A DNA stretch of 20,000 nt from Catajapyx aquilonaris (lineage: Eukaryota). The first letter of the stretch is position 1. Every line of letters starts with the position of its first letter. The position numbers and the translations under genes are program-made. Below are positions 9,834-20,000 of the stretch, piece by piece. The notes below the pieces were generated by a model. It saw only the letters and a program-made list of their open reading frames with translations. It searched no databases and was not told where the DNA came from. The stretch covers positions 58,028 to 78,027 of the forward strand of contig JYFJ02001493.1 of assembly GCA_000934665.2 (NCBI GenBank), read 5' to 3'.

Positions 9834-9977
9834 TCTTATATATAAAAGGCAGAGTTTGTCGGTATGTCCCATTTCCCTTCCCAGCATCTGGCGCGAGGTT
9901 ACCATATCAACTTCTACCAATCATCTCATATATACATAATATATAAAGCAGAAAGTTTCTCTGTTTGTTTGTATGTC
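9834..9977 (+). mobile_element. Two possible Helitron-like 5' terminal remnants
   Basis: TCTTATATATAAAAGGCAGAGTTTGTCGGTATGT (from 9834) and a-TCTCATATATACATAATATATAAAGCAGAAAGTTTCTCTGTTTGTTTGTATGT (from 9924) resemble, from memory, the TC..TATATAAA..GTTTGT(N)GT 5' ends of arthropod non-autonomous Helitrons. I found no 3' hairpin or CTAG end. Confidence 0.35.
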
Positions 9978-11446
9978 TGGGCTCCCCAGTGAGTAAAAAA
10001 GTGACCACACAATAGCTCAACAATAGTTAGGCAATGTCGTGCAACATCCTTATTGTGTGTCACCTCCACCAGTTGTTGACCAGAGCGGACAGTGGATTAG
10101 GAAAGGGTCTTGTTTTGGTCATCTCGTCCGCTAATGGAAGTGTCCCCTCAGACCAATATAATGATGGGAGGGGATTGGAAGCAAACAGGCAGTGGGGGGG
10201 GNGCTCGACACCCTTTCCTTTTTCCCCTGGACCTCATTATTTCTTGCAGCGCCTCTATAATTAAGGGTGATGGTTGTGTCCGATCTGATCAGAACGACGT
10301 TGCATCTTTTTTTGGTCCAGGCGAAGGTCATACCACAAACCGTCCGATGACTTGAGACGTGCTTGCCACCATTTTCTGGGGACTAACTTGCTTTTAAGGA
10401 GCATTTCCTCCAGGTGTCAACAAATGGATGGGCTATTCCGTCACAACTCGTTCAGACTGTAAAACAAGTGTAATATGCGAAACTTATAGCGGCTGACAGG
10501 TAATGAATACTTGAATCGGTCAACAATTTTCTAATGACTCCTTAATGAGGACGGGCTAAGTTAAGGCGTGATGACCTGCCACATTTGCTAATCTCAACGT
10601 TAAGTACAGATTTCGCAAGGGAGTCCATTTGGCGCTCTTAACAATGCAATGTGATTAAAATCAGTGCGTGTTGACCAAAAATTAATCAAGTACACATCTG
10701 GTGTTGATATGAGTTTGATTCTTTAACAGTAATGAACACATTCGTTCTGCTCCTGCCCGATATTGGAAAAAAATAACCTGTAATTTCCGCCACAGCACAG
10801 TATCAATAGCGCAGGGAAGGTTGGTGCAAAACATAATATTCATATACCTGGAGACAATATAGGTCGCCTCTAGAATATCTCGTTAGCTTAGAGATCAATC
10901 TGCTGCAATGTAAAGGCGTAAATTAATACTGCAACCCAATAGGCAAGCTAAGCGACCTCCTTCTCAAGTACTGAGTAGGTCATGCACAATATTATTTACT
11001 TGTAGTAAAGGTGAACGATAGTGAATCAACCATTGTTTTTTTTTCCATCGAGCTTCTAAGGATATCCTGAGAGTAGAGCAACACAGCATTGCAATCGTAC
11101 GGAGAAGCCTAACTCTCAGGATGAGAAAACCTTCAAAATGTTTCCAAATGACGCCAACATCATGTGTACTATGTCAAAAACATAAATTTTGATAGCAACC
11201 TATCCCAGTTCATGTGTGGTTTTTGGGCAGTGTATAAATGCCCTACTTCCTCTCTCTTCCTTATTGTTTCTGGCAAGCTCCAGCAGGTCTCTAAAAATTG
11301 CCTTTTAAGTGGTAGCCATCTGGTTTGTACCGCGGGCTTTACTATACTGTCGCATTAGCTGTAGACAATGTCAATAGTAAGGGATGAGCAAAAAGTGGGC
11401 TACACCACATTTGAAGCACGATAATCGAAAGAATGTATGTGTGTTT

Positions 11447-13463
11447 TTATTTATGCCCAGTTTTCATAAGATTCATGTCTTCTGGTGATTCTTCCGGAAG
11501 TTTCTTTGGGTCATCCCGAGCCCATGATTGAAGTTTGGAGCTGCCAAACACTAGATAAATAGCGGCAGCTAAGAAGTACAACCCAGACGTCAGGTAAAGC
11601 ACATTTTCCCACTCTTCTCTCTTGCCCTGAAACATTACACGATCAGACTATAGTAATAAATAGCTTCATCAAAGAATAGTGTACTTGTGGTGTGAGAGCA
11701 GCCGTGATGACTGGAGCCATAAATCCACTGGCAGTTCCTACAGAGCTGGTAATCCCGATTAAAAGTCCGGAGAATCGCGGAGCCAAATCCATGACGCTGA
11801 AGGCATACCCGCCAACCACAGCCAATTCGGCCGCCATTTGACCAAAAGCAGTGACCGCAACTGCCCAGTATTTCTCATGGCAGGTCATAAACGCCAAAAT
11901 GATCAGGGTCATACCAGGTACCAACATTCCTACATAAACCAACTTAAAAATAATATGGGGCTAAATTAACATGCGGCTTACCGATTGTATTAAAAATCAG
12001 ACGCAATTGGTTGATCTTGCATATGTTTTTGCTTCTGAGATGATCATACAATTTTCCACCGCACAGGTTGGAAGCTAAGGTTCCTGCGAATAGAAACCCA
12101 GAGAGCATGCCATTTTCACGCACGTCCACAGACAGCACTTCCTTCATGAACATGGGCATGCTCAGCCGGAGAGAGAGTCCGGCCCAGTAGCTGAACAAGT
12201 GGGTGAAAATGTAAGCGTACACTGGCACCGACAGTAATATGGCAACCCATGGCACCTTGTGGTTCTGGAAGAGAAATGTGCCATTACATAGTATTTTTGA
12301 TGTTACGAATACCGGTACTGGTAGTCACCTTCTTCCTGCGACCTGTTATGGCAGCAAAATGCTTCAGATAGTTCAGCTCCGTTTGTGATATTCTTGGATG
12401 CTGTTCAGGCATGTCGTAAATGGCATAACACATTATGATGCATAATGCAGTTCCTGATGTACCTGAAAATTAATGTTAAAATAATATTGGTCATCCAGAA
12501 CGCAATTAATGCAATAAACTCTTCATTAAAACTGATACCATCCTGCATGTATCTACTGAAGAAAAATTAAAATCAAATTTACATGTGTACATACCAGAAA
12601 TATAAAATATCAAAGGCCATCCATTGTCAAACTGATACTGGCACATGTATCCTGAAAATGGATAGATAGTTGCACTGGCCACCTTGTAGCCAGCAAAAAC
12701 AATGGCCAGTAAGAATGACCTTTCAGTTGGGGCTGCCCACCGAATGATGATGACCATAACAGCAGGGCTTGTGAGCTCCTGAACACATCCCTGGAGAAAC
12801 CTGATGGCAAAGAGTAATATTGGACTGAACCTGGCAGCCACAGGTATGGTCAGATCCATGAAATTGGCCATCAGAAGACCGAAGATCAGGATGCGCTTTC
12901 CTCCCAAGTGGTCACTGAGCCATCCGCCAAAAGCAGGGGTCAGCATGGAGCCGTAAAACAAGGCACCTATTAGATGACTTTGAAGTTGTTTGCTCCATTC
13001 GAATTCGCCTGATGAGGGTGACGTCTCAGAAATGTTCCGTAATGTCAGTTGGCAGAGGCCATCTAGAGTGCTTGGTTCAGTGGTGTTTGGGTCAAGCACC
13101 GTCTGATATGTGGAGTTCACTTGAGGTGCCTTGACCATGCAAATGAGGGCAAAACTGAGGCTGAATCTTCTGGCTTGTACATTCATGAATGCCAATAAGC
13201 AAAAGATGGCTAGGTGTAATCGGCAGGATAGAAGCAACGGTGGACCTAAAAGCAGGAGACAGAAGTCATGCATACTACAAGCAAGAGAAAATCATACCAT
13301 TAGATGTTGCAATTACATAAGTAATGATCTTGACTAATGGACTACACGTCCGACACATTCATTCAAATGCTAAATATGGCACATGCTATGATTTGTTGTA
13401 CTGATTCAATCAAAACTTACGGTCTTGCTCTTCATTTTGATGGATCTCCTTGTCGTTTTCCAT
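11447..13463 (-). CDS. SLC17-family (sialin / Na-dependent phosphate cotransporter-like) MFS anion transporter, 6 coding exons, 511 aa
   Basis: Exons 13421-13463, 12595-13245, 12329-12462, 11982-12264, 11685-11929 and 11447-11626 have GT..AG boundaries, consistent phase and total 1536 nt. SLC17 motifs: GEFEWSKQLQSHLIGALFYG, GGWLSDHLGGKR, RWAAPTERS, GWPLIFYISG, DMPEQHPRISQTELNYL, VPWVAILLSVPVYA, ENGMLS, DLAPRFSGLLIG and FGSSKLQSWA. The short first exon (MENDKEIHQNEEQD) is the least certain. Confidence 0.93.
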
Positions 13464-14570
13464 ATCTTCATGTGCACTGAATCCCCTCCAGTTTTGAAGC
13501 TCTTAAATTATGCGTATTTGAAGCAGGAGGAATACGTGTGGTACACCACCATAAACTTTTTAACAACAGCTTTCTTTTTTTATATGCAATTTTATGAGAT
13601 AATCTTCACACAATTCAATGCGTTAATCAGTTGTACAGCTTCCATCAGTATGGAGAGAAATAACTTGCAGTATGATGAGAAAATAATCCATCAATCTACT
13701 TAATTGTGGCAGCATTCTGGCTATCACGGGGTAAATAGAAATTTAAAAAATGAAATTGTGGCAGCATTGTTCCAGAATAACCATTCGCTAATCTGGTGAG
13801 CCCAAAGCAGTACAAGGAGAGTCACATTTGGCTGCAAATTATTCTCGATTGCCACTGGTAGTTTCTCCACATATACATTTTACATTATCAATAATGTGAC
13901 TCTTCAGCTATCTTTCACAGAAACTTGAAATACTCGACTTCCACATGAATGACCATATGCATTTACGTAAAATCCTCATTGAATTTCTCAAACAGAATGA
14001 CTTAATCGCATGATCTCGGTACAATACACAGCACCTGTCTCAACTTACACAAGGTTGATCCACATCTGCAAAATCCTTGCTTCTGTACGCCAAGCACATG
14101 AACATTATCAGATAGTACAAGTCCCACAATCTTGCCTATATTTAACTAACAGATAAATCCACAGGGTGTGTTCATACAAGTTCCTTCCATGTCGTCAATT
14201 AGTTCTTACCTATACCCACATGATACAATGACTTCTTATTTTTGTGAGCAACTCCTGTAATAAAGACAATTAGAGAGCTTTTTTTAAAAAATGCTTCCAA
14301 TAAGTGACTGAATAACAAGACAGCCATGCTAATGTTTCACTGCATGGTTAAAGTATTAGCCATTTTAATAATTGTCTGCTTACATCATTCACCATATCAA
14401 AGGATTGGAAACGAAAAAAGAGATGACAAAGTCAGCAGCCCAGGATCAGCTCCGTGAGAGAAAACACACAAAAAGGTAAGAACGTGACTACGTCCTCCAT
14501 ATTTCCCTAACAAACAATCCACTTTAAGACTCTCCCCTTGAACTCTCGAGGGAGGCTAACAGTTACTCTT

Positions 14571-17500
14571 CTACACAAAGTAAGCTGCGAGTTGGGCCAT
14601 CTTGTCCTTAGGCTTGGGCTTTCCCTTTCCTTTTCCTCCGCGTCCGCCCCTTCCCCTTCCCCGCATAGCACCACCTCCACCCGCCCCTCCTCTTCCTGGT
14701 CTCCTCGGGGCCACCGCATGATGCTTCTCCACCAGCGGAGCCAAAACAGGGCTGCAGTATATGCAACCAGTCGCTTCCACTCCACTAGTCAGCTTGCTTT
14801 TCTCCTACAACAAACATACAAGGGGATGATAATACAAACTGAGTACATGGGAACGTAACGAGAACTTACTTGCTTGTATTCGACAGACATGACCTGTGCA
14901 CCGCACTTGTCGCATGTCTCCTCATCCACGCAGACCTTTTGCGCATCCTCAAATACATGTATGATGACATCACAACGGTTGCACCCTAGTTTCCATTTTG
15001 GCCCTGAGGAGGGGTCGAGCACCAGGACACCATCATCGCATTCAACGCAGTTAGACACCCCGTTGGCATTCAGCCCGTGTGGGCAAGACGGATGGGTGCA
15101 GTGGTTGCATCCGCTTCCCTTCCGCATTTCCCTGAATGGTGGGTGGTTCAGGCAGTAAGGACAGAATGTGTAGCTTCGACCCTTGTTCCCGCCAGACCAG
15201 GTCAGCAGCTCAAATTCATCTAGAGGGCATTTGAGCTCACGGTAGATTCGAATGTTGCCGTTTGGTGGCAGGCCGTATGTCTCATCGCAGTGTGCGCAGT
15301 GTAGTCGCGGTGGCTTGGTTTGGATGTACTTCATGTACCGCCGACACTTCCCGCAGCGAGACATATTCTTCCCTGATGCAGCCAATGGGGAGAAGGACAC
15401 CTCAAATAGCTGGTCCATGCCTTCAATGTTCTTTACAAAGTACTGAAACTTGTGGCGGAAGATGTCCAGGGTGTGGTTCAACACACGATCAAAGTCAGCC
15501 TGCCCATGAGATATCAGATTGAGTTGCTCCTCCACGGCTGAGCGCATGGTCGGAAGAACTAGCTCGGCATCAATCTTCTGATAACCATGCACCAAAACAA
15601 TGCCGAGAGTCGTGGGAATCAGACGGCGACCTGATCCAACCTGGACATAGTTTCGTTGACAAATATTGTTGATGTGGACTGGGATGGAGGCATCAGTGCC
15701 AATGCCATGCTTTTCCATCAGGGTAATCAGCTCAGACTCGGTCAGGTAGTCTGGAGGACGGGTTTGGCGTTCATCCATCTTCACCTGCAAGAAAAAAAAT
15801 TTACGAATTAGTCTGCCATCCCAGATTGCGATGAACCGATTAAAAACTCACATCAGACACATTAACGACGTCACCAGTCTTGAAGGCAGGTACCGTCTCA
15901 TCAGGTGAGAGTGCCTGCCAGGGCATGACTGTGGTGAATCCTGGATCTTGCAGCCTCTTCCCAGTGCAGGTGAACTCTTCCTCCCCGACGTTGAAATGCA
16001 CAGTGGTGCTGATGTACTTGCAGTCTGGTGAAAGAGTCGCCACAAAGTGCCTGGCAATGTAGTCGTACAGGCGCCAGCTGGCCCCGTCCAGCTCATTCTT
16101 AGTGGCAGCCCTTGTAGGTGTGATGGGAGGATGGTCCCCAGAATCGTGGCCTTTCCTCGCCTTGTTTATTCCACGAGAAAGGAGCTCCCGCACCTCTGCC
16201 CCCCAGTCAGGGCTATTCTGCTGCTGCCTAAGGGCCCCTGTGAGGTCAAAACTCTCCGCATAGTGAGTGGTCTCTGTACGTGGATAGCTTATGTATCCTT
16301 GGATGTACAGACGTTCTGCAATCTGCATTGCATCATGGGGCGACATGTTCAGACCAGAACTGGCCACACGCATCAACTCAACAGTATTCAAAGCTATTGG
16401 GCGCTGCTTCACCTTCTCTTTTACAATCACTGACGTCACCCTGGAAGGTCACACAATTTCCATTGAAAAGGGGTCTTCATTGCACCATTGCGCACCTAAC
16501 ATTACTCACTCTGCCTTCTTCTGCTCCTTGAGTGCTGATAGGAACATCATGGCAACCTCCTTGTCGAAACACCTCACTCTCTCCCACTCCAGGCTCACAT
16601 GCTTTCCCTCCTCTGGATCAACCACAACCTACCATTCATTAAGAGACACACATGTCAAACAATTTTACGAATGAACATACGAGCAAATGCCAATGAACAA
16701 TATTGAAATGTAGAATGATCAGAAACACGTTGCAGTGATATCATACAATTTAAACCAAAATATGACTGAGTGTTCTGCTATAATAGTCTTCAAATTGTAT
16801 TTCTTGCATTTACCTGGACTACCCAGTATGGTTCAGGCTTAAACGTCTGGATCTCATCATGCCTTTCGACACAAAAGCCAAGTGTTGGTGTCTGGCACGG
16901 TCCGTACGATATAAGCGAGGAGTCCAAGTTCCCATACTTCCCCTGAAAATACTTGGTCTGGAAGCGAGTGAAAGCACATCCTATCCTCAGATCCAACTCC
17001 TGCCTCGCATCGACACTCCTGGCCTCATTCTCATTTGGCTTTCCTAGAGAGGCCATAGCCGCCTTTATATCCTTATCAGTAATGGCCGAGAAGTGGGCTC
17101 GGAACACTTGCAAGTCCCATCTAACTCCACCGCCATTCCCAAGCCCTTTCATCGCCGGCTGCACGGAAGACATCACCTCGAAGCATATATTCTCCCCTTC
17201 CTTATCGCAATCAAGCCACAATATTAGATACTCGCAACCTTTGGCCTCCTGCGCCAAGAACGCCGGCATCTTCAAACGAGGATTTGCCTCCTTCTTCTCC
17301 GTCGGACATATGAACAACTCCGCCTGAAAAATTGAATGTGTGTCGTTATGATCAACATTTCCTCCCCATCTTTTTACACCAATTCGCAGCATATTTTTGT
17401 ACTAATTAGCAGCATATTTTTGTACCAATTTAAAGCATATTTCTGTACCAATTTACAGCATATTTTTGTACCAATTTACAGTATCTTTGTACCAATTCGT

Positions 17501-18023
17501 AGCATGTTTTTGTACTAATTAGCAGCACATTTTTGTACCAATTTAAAGCATATTTTTGTACCAATTTACAGCATCTTTTTGTACCAATTTGCAGCATCTT
17601 TTTGTACCATATTGCATCTTTTTGCAGCGTAACTCACCGGATCTACTCTGTCCCAGTTGTTATACTTCCCGATGAAATCCATGGTCATGACATGCCCGCA
17701 CACGGATGTCATCCTGAACTGCATCGGTTCATTCCGGAACGATCCAGCCCATTCATGTATGGAACACGCAGCATTGAAACCTGTAAGTACATGTTACATA
17801 TTAAGTTTGATTATTTAAACATATGGCTACTGTTCAGTTGTCTGGCCTTTAAGTGTGTTATATTTTAACAATTTTTGGCCCTATTTTTATTATTTAAAAT
17901 ATTTATGCGGCTAAAGTTCTGTCAGGCCTCACCTTTTCTGGTCTTACACTTGTTGTTGCTTAGTATCTGCGCCAGGCTCTGAGCCAACGAGGGCTTCTCA
18001 GCCACCATAAGAGCCGACTTCAT
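14571..18023 (-). CDS. TOP3B: DNA topoisomerase III beta (type IA), 7 coding exons, 866 aa
   Basis: Exons 17933-18023, 17638-17780, 16814-17323, 16510-16628, 15852-16440, 14870-15784 and 14571-14804 all have GT..AG introns and compatible phases, and sum to 2601 nt. Motifs: N-terminal [12 protein letters not shown] and [37 protein letters not shown], catalytic [22 protein letters not shown]-terminal CxxC zinc ribbons, RGG box, and the terminal [12 protein letters not shown] typical of TOP3B. Confidence 0.98.
17378..17628. repeat. 23-bp minisatellite (consensus ACCAATTTACAGCATATTTTTGT), 10 copies plus a degenerate one, in TOP3B intron 2
   Basis: Units start at 17378, 17401, 17424, 17447, 17470 (21 bp), 17491, 17514, 17537, 17560, 17583 and 17606 (degenerate). 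Confidence 0.95.
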
Positions 18024-18126
18024 GGTTTTGGCTACACCGTGCTCGCCCCGGGGGTCAAACCATGGCCTAGGGGCCTGCCCAGGGTCCGGAAAAAAAAGGA
18101 ACAAAAACGACGCGTGTGTTCGATCA

Positions 18127-18269
18127 AAGATGGCCGGCTCAAAGTTCAGGTGGTGGCCGACAGATGGCATCACTTACGCTGGCTATTACTGACATCTGGT
18201 GGCTAAATATGAGCTAATAAATTAAATTTGGCGGAAGATTCAAACTGTGATTCAAATCGATTCAAACTG
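18127..18269. promoter_or_regulatory. Putative TOP3B promoter region (YY1-like, CTCF-like pair, E2F/CDE-CHR-like motifs)
   Basis: Located 100-250 nt upstream of the ATG: AAGATGGCCGGC (18127-18138), inverted CAGATG(G/T)CA motifs (18155-18204), and TTTGGCGG-AAGA-TTCAAA (18227-18244) followed by two more GATTCAAA copies. Confidence 0.4.
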
Positions 18270-20000
18270 AAGTGTAGTGTTACGGTTTCCCATTTGCGGT
18301 GTACACATCCAAGTCAAACAGTTGGCTAGGTAAACTGTCGCCATACGACACCTTTAATTTCCTTTCCACGTCTCTTCTGAGGGTTTGGCAAACATAGGGG
18401 GCTTTTTCCCACTGTCAGCAGCACTTCCTGGAAATAGATTTTTTTTCAGGTGGGAGGTATTTACACTGTTGGATTTTTTTTTTTGGGACCAAATGCGGCC
18501 ATTTCGTGTCAATCGAAAGCCATCTTGCCAACCAGTTCTTCCACTTGCAGTTTACACCATTGGCTCGTGATTCACGAGCTCCACCGACTGGTTCCCCAGA
18601 TACGACCTGGGCGCTTGCAATGGCTCAGCTTTATATTGCTTTATTCGCACATTTTGTACGGGGGTGGAGTTTTGCAGAAAATACACGGGTGTAAATCCTC
18701 GGGCCCTCTTTCATTCAAACGCTTCAAAACCTGAAATGTGCTCTGCAATGCTGTGCGATATATCATGCCAATGTGTTAAAGCGAGGTATTTAGGTCTGAT
18801 AGAAAAACATCGATCAGGTGTACAAGGTGTCTAAAATGTTACATGTTAAGTGCCCCATGGTAGGCATGGGCCCTTATATAGGGACACACAGACTGTAGAC
18901 ACACGTAATTAAAAGTATAGTGTTTTTGAACTATATATAGATGTGAACTTACAAGAAAGGACTGTAATGAATACGGAAAATTACAAGAGCATGTCGATCA
19001 TTTTGGCCACCTTTACGAAGAAATTACAAGGAAGAAGAGTTTCCTGTAATACGTAGCAAAATTTCAGTGAAAAATCAATTATTTTTCGGGTCAACGTTTT
19101 CAAAAATAATTGAGCAAAATTTTCACTTCAAATATTTGAAGGTGTGAACTGCCAATCTCTTGCCAAGACCTTGCCTCTCAGATTCCACTTTGCACTGTTA
19201 CACATGAATGCTTTAACGACATTTGGTCGTGTAGCCGACCTCGTCTTGCAGTGAGTGGTCACCTATTTTTCCAGGTCAGCATATTTACCATCCGCTCGAA
19301 TTTTACCATGTACAAAAAAAGTTCAACAACAATTTATTGCTCACAACCTAATCTCTCCAATCTCAAAGCAATGTTAGGTTTGACGGGCCACCTTCTTTTT
19401 TCCCCCCCTTTCACACGTGTCCGTCTTGCGGCGACAGAAACCCAGATCGTGTGTCACACCGATCTCCATCCTTCATCTCTCATTTTGTCACCTGCAATCC
19501 GTTTTACAAGATATCAAGGCGCCTACAAACCTCGATTCCATGCAACGTCGACTGAAATAGTCGTCAGTTGAACCAGACCACCTTGAGAATCACACTGACC
19601 TGCGATGTTACATACCATTATGACCTTTTGTTAGTTTGTTGGTGTCCACTGTCAAGTAATTTAGAGGAACATGAGCGCACTATTTCAAACCAGCAAATTG
19701 TAACCACACCTGTATGTATCGCGGTAGGTCATGTTTTTTTCTGGCAAACAATAGCGCAAAAATTGGGTACCGTAGGAAGGGAAACGTGATTTGCATTTTA
19801 TTACATCTGATTTGAGTGACAGCCATGCTTTTATATCCAGGATTTGAATAGCAATTAGGGGAACGTGGAGGGAAGTTGGCAACAAAATGGCCGACAATGG
19901 CTCGTGACATGGATCGCGAATTCCAGGCGTTGCGGCTAAATGCGTTTCAGGACCAGCATTGGTGTTATTGTGCTCTGAAAGTGTTGAAGGGCGGGGGGGG

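Noticed and set aside
11064..11122. 11-bp inverted repeat ATCCTGAGAGT / ACTCTCAGGAT
   Set aside because: It is short, has an unpaired 37-nt spacer and has no other support.
10030..11360. Short ORFs between the ILP promoter and SLC17
   Set aside because: No recognisable domains or consistent exon structure.
13702..13768. 15-bp direct repeat AATTGTGGCAGCATT, two copies
   Set aside because: Most likely a small local duplication; no element is recognisable between the copies.
17378..17628. Regular repeats as a possible CRISPR array
   Set aside because: The units are directly tandem with no unique spacers, lie inside a spliceosomal intron, and there are no cas genes.
14507..17868. Many overlapping plus-strand and alternative-frame ORFs
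   Set aside because: They are antisense or alternative-frame shadows of TOP3B exons and of the minisatellite.
18024..18173. In-frame N-terminal extension of TOP3B (MPSVGHH...)
   Set aside because: TOP3B orthologues begin at the [12 protein letters not shown] motif. The extension overlaps promoter-like motifs and probably lies at or upstream of the transcription start.
18300..20000. Short ORFs and coding-like fragments upstream of TOP3B
   Set aside because: The frames I translated are interrupted by stops and I recognise no family; possibly old repeat debris, but unsupported.

Overview
Eukaryotic (invertebrate, probably arthropod) genomic DNA. It carries three intact, intron-containing genes, all on the minus strand. 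From right to left: DNA topoisomerase III beta (7 coding exons, 18023->14571, 866 aa); a divergent SLC17/sialin-like MFS anion transporter (6 coding exons, 13463->11447, 511 aa); and an insulin-like peptide (ILP) precursor (2 coding exons, 6894->5993, about 163 aa). The ILP has an inferred TATA promoter and non-coding first exon at about 9239-9362. Other features: a 706-bp palindromic Tc1/mariner-derived element with TA target-site duplication, both arms of which derive from the transposase 3' end; a 23-bp minisatellite with higher-order structure in TOP3B intron 2; several near-perfect hairpins; a G-quadruplex-prone tract upstream of the ILP promoter; and possible Helitron 5' ends. I found no prokaryotic-type system, CRISPR array or RNA gene. 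The best novelty candidates are the SLC17 with rewired transmembrane charges and the regulatory architecture of the ILP locus. All exon models and alignments were done by eye, with no database searches.
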